This document shows, piece after piece, positions 10,663 through 19,400 of a DNA stretch of 64,000 bases. Source of the stretch: Candidatus Babeliales bacterium (lineage in GTDB: Bacteria; Babelota; Babeliae; Babelales; JANWKD01); the NCBI GenBank assembly GCA_963722255.1, contig CAVRJO010000002.1, positions 256,001-320,000 of the forward strand. Reading direction: 5' to 3'. Under the pieces are notes generated by a model. The model was not told where the DNA came from. It did no database searches and was given only the letters and a program-made list of their open reading frames with translations. Position 1 is the first letter of the stretch; every line of letters starts with the position of its first letter. The position numbers and the translations under genes are program-made.

Positions 10663-12327
10663 ATGAAAATTATGAAACTAGTAGTAGCGCTTATTGCGCT
10701 CATTCCCTTATACACAGAGCCAATGCAAAGCGAAAAGCTTATTTCCTTTGCAAAAATTTTACCATCGCAAGCAAAACAGCTTGCCTGCATGTATCCTAAA
10801 ACAACTGCTGCCCTCTTGGCAACCACCGCTTTAGGTACTACCTGGTATTATGCAAATGGCTACGAAAGGCGTGAAGATTGGGACAATCAAGAATTGGATA
10901 TGACTAAATTCCCTAAGGAAACCACTTGGGGAACCGCCAACTCAGACCTTCAATTATGTGGTGTTCAAACAGTAAAGGGCAAAAAGGTAAAAAATAGTTG
11001 GACAAAATGGCAAAAAGAATTGATTACACCAAAAGACAATCGTCCTTGGTGGCAGAAATTTTTCTATGAAAATCCAAACAGTACAAAAGTTCCTCGTATC
11101 CCTAAAAAACAAAGGATGGGAACCGCAACAGGCCACTGGGATAACTATCAAGAAGATTTTAAATTGTTAAAAGAAGCGGGAATTGAAACATTTCGAACAT
11201 CAATTGAATGGAGCAAAATTCAACCAGATTCTCATAATGAGTATGATACTAAGGCAATGAAATATTATAATGACTATCATAAAGTATCAACTGAAGCATT
11301 TAAAGAAGTTACCATCAATGGATTCCATCATGCTTGGCCCGATTGGTTTGATGAGCTCGGCGCTTTTGAAAAAAAGGAAAATATTAAATATTATGTCGAC
11401 TATTATCTTTGGATGGTTGATCAATTGGCTCAAGAAGGCAATCTTAACGAAATTAAGCGATTTTTAACCTTCAATGAACCTGCAGGTTATGTACTCGCTG
11501 CGTATGTTTATGGCAAATATCCTCCTGGCGAAAAAATGCAGCTCAAAAAAGCTGGAATTGTCTTAAAAAACATGCTTGATGCCCACGTTGAAATTTATCA
11601 TAAACTTAAAGAAAAATATCAAGAACTACAGATAAGCATTGCTCATATGATGCAGCCATTACAACCTTACAATCCTTGGAATCCTCTCGATGTATTAACA
11701 GCGAAGCTATTTAATCATTTATTAAATAATGTCACCTTAGAATATCTTTCTACCGGTAAATTTAAATGGTTATGGTACATAAATGAAACAAATGAGAAAG
11801 CTAAAGGAACTTTAGATTTTGTAGGTGTTAATTATTACACCCATACACTCCTAAACTGGTTTAAGCCAAAAGTTCGCCCTACTGAGATTAGTTCTGATGC
11901 TTATGAAGGTGAAGAAGGAAAAGCACTCTATGCAGAGGGTTTCTATGATTCCCTTAAAACGGTTCATCGTTACTTTCCAGACAAGCCTATCATGATTACA
12001 GAATTAGGTTTTGCCTCAGAGAATAATGAAAAACGAACTGAAGCTTTCAAAAGATTTTTCCTTGTTCTACAAAGAGCAATACATAAAGATAACATGAAAA
12101 TTCTTGGCGTTGAAATCTGGGAATCATTTGCCGGTTATGGCTGGAACCAAGGGAATGGTGGCAAACATGCTCTTTTTGATGTCGATTATACTCAAGAAGA
12201 TAAACCACGAAAACTCAAACCAAGTTCCGAGGGTGTTTTAAATCTAATTGCTCAACATAAAAATTCTCGTAATGATCAACAGCAAAAAGAAACTGATACC
12301 TCAATAAACCTGGAAATAAAAACATGA
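10663..12327 (+). CDS. Glycoside hydrolase family 1, secreted, copy 3
   Basis: RTSIEWSKIQP, TFNEP, ITELG; signal peptide plus a second hydrophobic segment. Confidence 0.93.
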   Translation: MKIMKLVVALIALIPLYTEPMQSEKLISFAKILPSQAKQLACMYPKTTAALLATTALGTTWYYANGYERREDWDNQELDMTKFPKETTWGTANSDLQLCGVQTVKGKKVKNSWTKWQKELITPKDNRPWWQKFFYENPNSTKVPRIPKKQRMGTATGHWDNYQEDFKLLKEAGIETFRTSIEWSKIQPDSHNEYDTKAMKYYNDYHKVSTEAFKEVTINGFHHAWPDWFDELGAFEKKENIKYYVDYYLWMVDQLAQEGNLNEIKRFLTFNEPAGYVLAAYVYGKYPPGEKMQLKKAGIVLKNMLDAHVEIYHKLKEKYQELQISIAHMMQPLQPYNPWNPLDVLTAKLFNHLLNNVTLEYLSTGKFKWLWYINETNEKAKGTLDFVGVNYYTHTLLNWFKPKVRPTEISSDAYEGEEGKALYAEGFYDSLKTVHRYFPDKPIMITELGFASENNEKRTEAFKRFFLVLQRAIHKDNMKILGVEIWESFAGYGWNQGNGGKHALFDVDYTQEDKPRKLKPSSEGVLNLIAQHKNSRNDQQQKETDTSINLEIKT

Positions 12328-12878
12328 AAATAATCAATACAAATTATTTCACTTCGTTGCTTGGCTTATTATTTGGCATAAGCCTTCTAATGCCAATATC
12401 AGCATTTGAACGCAAAGCAGGCTATTGGAATGGTCCTTCTGATGAAAACAACACCAGCTTTTTTGGTACATTAACTAACCCTAAAAGCCAACGGGAAGAT
12501 TGGTATAAGGTTACTCCCTATATTGCCGAATTTTGGTGTACCATTTCAAACATTGGATTTATAGCTGCCGGGATCCACTGCAAATCTCCTGAACTTTTAT
12601 TTGCAGGAGCTGCTTCGATTGTAAGTCATAGTATTCCTAAACAATGGCTTCTCTATGTTGATAAAATCGGTGTACTCATTGTTCTTTCCAAAGTTATTAG
12701 AGAACATAAGACGTTGACCAATAATCCTTGGCTTCTAATTCCAGTGGGTATTGCTGGCGCCATCAATGTAACAGATGCATATCTTGCACGAAATAAAGGG
12801 TTAACATGGCCTCATGTGGTTTGGCATTTATCTTCGGCATTATTAGCCTATGATTTTTTACGACGCACACAACAATAA
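12324..12878 (+). CDS. Alkaline ceramidase-like membrane hydrolase (CREST superfamily)
   Basis: E..YKVTPYIAEFWCTISN resembles the eukaryotic ACER N-terminal motif. SxxxH, D and HxxWH catalytic/Zn motifs are present. ATGA overlap with GH1 copy 3. Confidence 0.82.
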   Translation: MKIINTNYFTSLLGLLFGISLLMPISAFERKAGYWNGPSDENNTSFFGTLTNPKSQREDWYKVTPYIAEFWCTISNIGFIAAGIHCKSPELLFAGAASIVSHSIPKQWLLYVDKIGVLIVLSKVIREHKTLTNNPWLLIPVGIAGAINVTDAYLARNKGLTWPHVVWHLSSALLAYDFLRRTQQ

Positions 12879-12936
12879 TTTACGTGAATTCGACGTAAGC
12901 AAAAACTAAAAAAAGAATATTATTCAATAACGGAAA

Positions 12937-13053
12937 TGTCACCCAGAGGGCCTTCATGCAATGAAGCCCGTGGGGTCCAGCTATAAAAAAAGGTCAAAAT
13001 AATAAATCTATAAACTGGATTCCACGGATTTCGATGAAATCCTCTGAATGACA
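12937..13053. repeat. Palindromic REP/RPE-like element, family A copy 1
   Basis: TGTCACCCAGAGG...CCTCTGAATGACA termini with internal hairpins; homologous to 62201-62318 in the opposite orientation. Confidence 0.8.
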
Positions 13054-13282
13054 ATTGTCAATGTATAAAAAGCTTCCGGTAGCTACACGTGGTCCCGAAA
13101 ACTTAATGCTGTAAGCATTAATGTTGAAGTGGGCCATATTGGAGCGGGAGAGCAATCCAACAGCATGTTGGTGTCCTTGTAGTTAAGGTATATTGGACAC
13201 ACAATATACCTTTAATAAAAAAATTTTAGACAAGTAAAATACTGTTAAATAAAATTCTTTTTTTGTAGTTAAGGAAAGATCT

Positions 13283-13316
13283 AAAAGAAAACGCCCTAAT
13301 ATGGACGTTTTCTTTT
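13283..13316 (-). terminator. Intrinsic terminator after the lipoprotein gene
   Basis: AAAAGAAAACG/CGTTTTCTTTT inverted repeat abutting the stop codon. Confidence 0.6.
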
Positions 13317-13719
13317 AATCATAGTTTTTCTGGCCAATAAAAATAATCACTCGAGAGATTTTTTTCAAAGGCCGAATAGAAATTGAGCAATACTTATTTG
13401 GCTTTTCAAAATTTAAAAGCGTTTCTGAACCCTTAAAGGCAGCAGTTTGCCACCAACCAAGACGCTCCATCTCTTCTTGATAATAAATCGCAATAGATTC
13501 ATGAGAGACTTCAGCTTCATATGAAATAATGCTGCTTTCATCAACACATGCTGTATTATTTATATTTTGCACCAATTGAGCGTTCAAAAGCACAGGCACA
13601 TCATATAACCTCGCTTCAAGATGCTTACTTTTCCAGCGTTTTGCAACAAGATCTTTATCTTTCTTGCATGAACTCAGAATAAGTATCATTACGCAAAGGG
13701 ACAGAAATCGAATTTTCAT
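13315..13719 (-). CDS. Hypothetical lipoprotein
   Basis: Lipobox LSSC; YYQEEMERLGW motif; lies directly downstream of rplS. Confidence 0.75.
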   Translation of the reverse strand: MKIRFLSLCVMILILSSCKKDKDLVAKRWKSKHLEARLYDVPVLLNAQLVQNINNTACVDESSIISYEAEVSHESIAIYYQEEMERLGWWQTAAFKGSETLLNFEKPNKYCSISIRPLKKISRVIIFIGQKNYD

Positions 13720-13723
13720 CTAG

Positions 13724-14104
13724 TTAAGCAGCTTGAATACCGGTTAGAACCTTAGGTTTAACACGGGCAGCTTTACCAACTCGGCCTCTCATATAATAGA
13801 GCTTTGCTCTTCTAATTTTACCGGATCTTACAAACTTAATAGAATCAATAAGCGGTGAGAAATAAGGGAAAATCTTTTCAATAGCAACGGTATTTGAACC
13901 AATTCTACGAACCATAAAGGTCGTTGAAATACCATTATTATTGAAAGCAATAACATCGCCTTCAAAATCTTGGATACGTTCTTTATCGCCTTCTTTAATT
14001 TTTTGGGAGACTATGACGGTATCTCCAATCGTAAACTTCGGAAAGTTACGATCTGTCATACCGATATTTTTAATGGTTTCTTTTGTATATTTTTTAGCCT
14101 TCAT
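13724..14104 (-). CDS. rplS: 50S ribosomal protein L19
   Basis: F.IGDTV.V..KIKEGDKERIQDFEG.VI...GKIRRAKLYYMR. Confidence 0.97.
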   Translation of the reverse strand: MKAKKYTKETIKNIGMTDRNFPKFTIGDTVIVSQKIKEGDKERIQDFEGDVIAFNNNGISTTFMVRRIGSNTVAIEKIFPYFSPLIDSIKFVRSGKIRRAKLYYMRGRVGKAARVKPKVLTGIQAA

Positions 14105-14258
14105 GAAGCTTTTTCCTCGAGTGAATAGTTTACCTTACTAGTAACAATTAATTTGTATATATACAGTATATGCAAAAACTTTACTTCTGCCAATAACTGT
14201 CGCGATAATTTTTAATCACCAACAAAACCACTCATTTTGTATATTTTCAGCTTGTAAT

Positions 14259-16229
14259 TTAAACCTGGGTCCATTCCTGTTCTTCATTGCTCCATTCTTC
14301 ATTTTTTCGAGCTTCCTCCTCATATTCCTTAACCTTTGCCATCAACTGTCTATCAAAAGAATTAGAACCTGTACCTTCCGCAATTGGTTGCACCCTACCA
14401 ATCTGCGGCTTCAAAAGAAGCAATGCTGCAAGAGCATCTACATGATCTTGATTAGGAATAAGCGCTTGCGTTTTAATATCTAAAAGAAACTGCTCTAAGG
14501 CTGTTTTATAGTTCTTGTTTTTTGCATTAACTCTTACTCGTTGATTATTACCAAGGAGGTTAATTGCTTCAACATTTCCATGCTTTAAAGCATAATAAAA
14601 CAAGGAATTCTCTGGTTCATCAACTGCATTCCAATTGCACTCTTCCTGTAAAAGCAGTTCTAATTTTTGATTATCGCGCTTTTCTAAAAGCTTGATCGGA
14701 GAAATTTTAGAACGAAGCGCTCCCTTTGCTCTTAATACATCAATTGCTGCTTTACAATTATAACTATACGCATAATCCAACAATGAATTACCCAGTTCAT
14801 CAGCACAGCGAAGCGAAAAATTCATTTTTTCAAACTTTTTAATCAATTTCTCAATTTGATCTGGCATTTCTCTCGATAACGCCTGCAAATAACTCTTCCG
14901 TAACATTTCTAATCTCGGATTTTTTAAGCGATATTTATATGATGGAACGCCATTAAAAGTTTCATTAAAATATACTCGGGTAGAATTAAAGAGTTCTTTA
15001 TATTTTTCTTTTTCATCCCTATTATATTGAGTACCAAAAATTAAACTTGTTATCTTTTCATTATAACAAGGTGCAATATTAAGGCCTTTCATAGTACCAA
15101 AATTTTCATATATAATATTGCGAACAATCTGCGCATGCTCCTTTCCTGTAGCTGGATACAAGGCGATTATTGGTACAATGCCGTCGCAACTACGTTCTTG
15201 CAATTGCTGTGCAATCTCTTTTGATGATAACGAAAAATCTACATCCGTATAAACTTTGAAGAGGCTTAGAGACTCCCGAAATTGTTTATTATTTTTTACA
15301 AGATTTATTAATGAATAAATTAAAAATATATAATCTTCTAAAGATTTTGGCATTAAATGTTCTTTATAATTTCCACTTACCCGGCTCACAAGTTCTAAGT
15401 CAATTCTTCTATTAATCTTATTATTCACCAAGTTTTTTAAATCACCTTCGCGATCATCTCGTATGCCCTCAAAAAGTTTTGTTTGACGAGTTGAATCATT
15501 ACCAAATATAAGATAATGTTTATAATATAAAACAGTTATTCCATAGTGAGAAAATTCCAGATCTTTTTTTATATTTTTAACAATCTGTGCAAGAGGCTGA
15601 ACCAGCCTTCCTTTTATACATGAACCAAAATCATCAATAACATCTTCTTTGAGTTGATGCAATGGCGCAGAAATAGTTCCTACTGTGCTCATTGTATTTG
15701 GTATATTGCCCAACATAGAATCTATACCTTCAGGTAGAGGTAGATAATTCTCAATGGGCTCTATTGATGCTCTTATTAATTGCGATTCAACACCCAAGGC
15801 GGGAATTATGCTTTCCTCAATAGATACTTGCTGCGGCTCAATGCATAATGCACTGTGATATTGCTTTGGAGCATTAAAGGCAAATGGTACATTATGATCA
15901 ATATCCTTCTTTGTATGCCTCAACCAGAAAAAATTCGAACTCTTAAACCATGACCAACGCTTAAACAGATCATTTGTAAAAGTAAGAGTGTATCTTTTTG
16001 GCACTTCCTCTTGCTTTTTGGATTGATCCCCCGATGTATACCAGTTTTTTATGGCAACCATAGAATAAATGGCATAGTGTGCTACAAAACTGTTTTTGAT
16101 CCTATCGCGATAAGGTTGAGTCAAACCTGGAATAATAGAAAAAGTCGTTTTAGTCGCAAAAAGTAACCCTGCAATGAGGATACCACAATACAAGCGATAT
16201 TTTTTACTATAATGGTAATTTATTTTCAT
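14259..16229 (-). CDS. Putative effector with a central lyase-like domain and C-terminal ankyrin-like repeats
   Basis: DELGNSLLDYA and NAKNKNYKTALE ankyrin-like units; central YKEHL..FKV..IALYP motif. Confidence 0.7.
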   Translation of the reverse strand: MKINYHYSKKYRLYCGILIAGLLFATKTTFSIIPGLTQPYRDRIKNSFVAHYAIYSMVAIKNWYTSGDQSKKQEEVPKRYTLTFTNDLFKRWSWFKSSNFFWLRHTKKDIDHNVPFAFNAPKQYHSALCIEPQQVSIEESIIPALGVESQLIRASIEPIENYLPLPEGIDSMLGNIPNTMSTVGTISAPLHQLKEDVIDDFGSCIKGRLVQPLAQIVKNIKKDLEFSHYGITVLYYKHYLIFGNDSTRQTKLFEGIRDDREGDLKNLVNNKINRRIDLELVSRVSGNYKEHLMPKSLEDYIFLIYSLINLVKNNKQFRESLSLFKVYTDVDFSLSSKEIAQQLQERSCDGIVPIIALYPATGKEHAQIVRNIIYENFGTMKGLNIAPCYNEKITSLIFGTQYNRDEKEKYKELFNSTRVYFNETFNGVPSYKYRLKNPRLEMLRKSYLQALSREMPDQIEKLIKKFEKMNFSLRCADELGNSLLDYAYSYNCKAAIDVLRAKGALRSKISPIKLLEKRDNQKLELLLQEECNWNAVDEPENSLFYYALKHGNVEAINLLGNNQRVRVNAKNKNYKTALEQFLLDIKTQALIPNQDHVDALAALLLLKPQIGRVQPIAEGTGSNSFDRQLMAKVKEYEEEARKNEEWSNEEQEWTQV

Positions 16230-16415
16230 ATTTTAGCTTACTTCTATAGCTTTTTTTCAAGACTATTCTATACAACACTACCATAAATTCTGCAAAGAGG
16301 AAAATAAATGGAACTTCTTCAAAAAATACTATACGCTATTCCCGCTTGTTTTATTGATTAATTCACATTAAAACGGTGTTTATCAATAATTTAATAGTTT
16401 TTGAAACCCTAAGCT

Positions 16416-19400
16416 ATGCACAACAGATCAAAACTCATACTTATTCCTTTATTTCCTCTTTTCTTTCAACTCTTTGCTATGGAAAAAGAGCTCGGAAATG
16501 ACTTCTATTTAAGTCAACTGGAAAAACAGGTACAACCTGCCCTGGGTCACAGATTATATGTACCAGGATTTAACAGCTCTATAAAAGAATCAAAAGATAA
16601 AAAAAAGCAAGAAGATCAGTCTCAACTTGATCCTTTTAAAAGCCAACCATTCAAGCATTTAAAATATCAAAACAAAGCAGTAGGCAAAGTTACAAAATTT
16701 TCTGATAATTTCAGCGAAGGAGTTTCATCACATGATCAACCAATGTCTTTGGATTCTTTTATTAGCGGACTAGCCAATGTAAGTGCAAATATTATCATTA
16801 CCAGAGCAGTGGGTCCTTATGCAAGTGCGGCGATTAGCGCATGCTCAGAAGCCAAATATCTCAGAGAGAAATTTGATGAATTAAATACTGAAATCAGTAA
16901 TAACGCAATAACTGATAATTGGTGCACAATGAATCTTGGATGTACATACCAAGAATCAATTGAAGCTCTTAGAGTCGTTCTTAGTGCAGCAGAAAAACTC
17001 GATCAACAAAAAAGAAAAGTTATTGAAACACATAAAGCAAAGCTCAGGCAATTTGCTGATTTTGTTCTCGAAGGTTATAAATCTGCTCAAGAAAATTATC
17101 CGGAGCTATTTAAAACAAAAGTAAAAAAAGACAATAGTTTGAGAATTTCTAACATCCCCGAATTTGATCTTGAAAAATCTCACCAAGAATATTGGGCGCA
17201 GCATCAACGAGACATACAACAATTTGAAAAAGAATCAAAAGTTCGCATTGCTACATCTAAAAGCAAAAAACCAGCAAATTCAAAATCACAAAAAACTAGC
17301 GCAAAAAAAGATAGTAATAGCAAAAATGCAGCAGCAACTGACACACCTCAAATGCTCACTCCTGAAATGCTTGAAGAACATGCTAAAATTTTTGCTGAAC
17401 AAATAAAAAAACTAGACGCGTTGTCCAAATATAATGAATTCAAATCAGAAATGGAATATCAAGAAACAATGGGCAACATTGCGGGTGGGTTCAATGGCAT
17501 AGCGGCCATTGCAGGTATTTTTGGTCACAAAAAAGAAGCGTACGCGATTAGAACTTTTGGTGCTGCAGGAATTCAAGCTGTTGATAGTATGCGAACTATT
17601 ATGCAAAAAGGTCTGGCTGGCGCCGGAATTCATCCTTATGTTGGCATACTTATGGCAGTTGAAGGGTTATGTGAGTTAATGTTTCAAGAAGAAGATGATT
17701 CTCAAGCAAAAAATACAGAAGCAATCATTAATGCCATAACACAAGGCATTATGCATTTATCACAACAAATGTACCAAATGCGTGAAGAAATGCGCGAACA
17801 GTTTGAAGAAGTTCGCAAAAGGGACACCAAGCATCATTTTATTGTACTTGAAAAATTCTTTGCGCTTCATTTAGATCAAAAAAATATCTTGCACAACTTA
17901 CAAGATCTGCATAACTATATAGCTCACAACCACAAAGCAATTCAAAGTGGCCTTGAAGCATTGCATGCACGAGTTGATAGTAATTTTAGAATGACTCTTG
18001 ATAACTTAAATGGTTTGCGCGTAGAAGATATTGATGATGATATTCAAGAAGCATTATTGTTACCCGATGATGCTTCACCTGAAGAATTTGGTAAATGCAT
18101 ACAAAATCTCTTTATCAAAGGAACAAGTCGCGCTTCGGCCGATTCATTAACGGGCGGTTCGATTGATATACATTCGCCAACGGCACTCCAAACAACACTG
18201 GAAGGCCCTATAGTTCAACAAAATATTTTTGGGCATCCTGCTTTTCCAAATGTTAATCTTTTAAGCAGATATCTTGAAGGAAATTTTAACAATTTTAAAC
18301 ATGAAAAGTTAGTTAATCCTTTAATTTGGATTAAATGCGTCGATACGATTGTGCCTATGCTTAGTCAAAAACTTGCGCGTGATAAAGAATATCCTCCAAC
18401 AAAAAACATGAAAGATTCAGATATCGAAAAATTACTGCTTCTCAAAAAACAAGGGAAAAAAATACGCGCGTTTATTAACAGAGTTTACGAGAATAACTAT
18501 TTAGAGAAAATTGCTCAAAAATATTACAAGGCTTTATCGCAACTTTCTGCAGCAGTTCAGCAGGAGCAAGAAAACTTTGAAAAAAAAGGTAAGAAACTAC
18601 TTCGTAGAGAACTAAGCGCTACTATAGAAGCTGAAAAATCAAAAACAAATGGAATAGTAAATTCGTATGAATGTAAAAAATGCGTTGAATATATAACCAA
18701 TGCATTAAAAAACGCAAAGACAGCAAACGCTTATACCGTACAAGTACAAGGAGCGGGATACTCCTGTCCAACTTATTTGAAAGGACAATCAAAACGAATT
18801 GATTATAAAGAATCAAAATTGATAACAGTAGAAGATGTTCATCAACCCTCTGAAAATTTTAAACGGATCTATGAAGAATACCTAGATGAAAGACAAGCAA
18901 AGAACGAATCGTTACTCAAAGCAACAAAAGTTGACCTTGAGCAAAGTTCTTTCAAACCTATTGGAGATGGTATGAGCACTCTGATCTATCCAGCTGGACA
19001 AAATAGTGATTTGCCTAAACTTATGCGACCTCGCCAGCCATTACCTATAAACCCATTATATATTATAGCAGAAAATAAAGGCCTAGGAATTATTACACAT
19101 ACCTATCATCTTACAGATGAACGTTTCCACCTTGAATCTTTTTTTTGCTTTAAAACAGATGATCCTAAAATAAAAATTTTACATTTATCTTTAGAGCATG
19201 ATTTTCAAAAAGAGATGTATACGCTCAATGAAAATATAAACCACTTCTGGGAAGGAGGACGTTTTCCAAAGTCTATTGATACTTTTACAACTAACGGAGT
19301 ATATCCTAGTAGTGCTTTTACAGTACGGTTTGATGGTGCTCTTGGCCTTATATCTTCAGGGTATTTTCCGCCTGATTGCCCATATCCAGCAGCACGAGAT

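Noticed and set aside
13140..13150. TCCCGCTCCA on the minus strand as a tRNA 3' end or att site
   Set aside because: Only about 10 nt match; no T-arm or cloverleaf and no integrase nearby.
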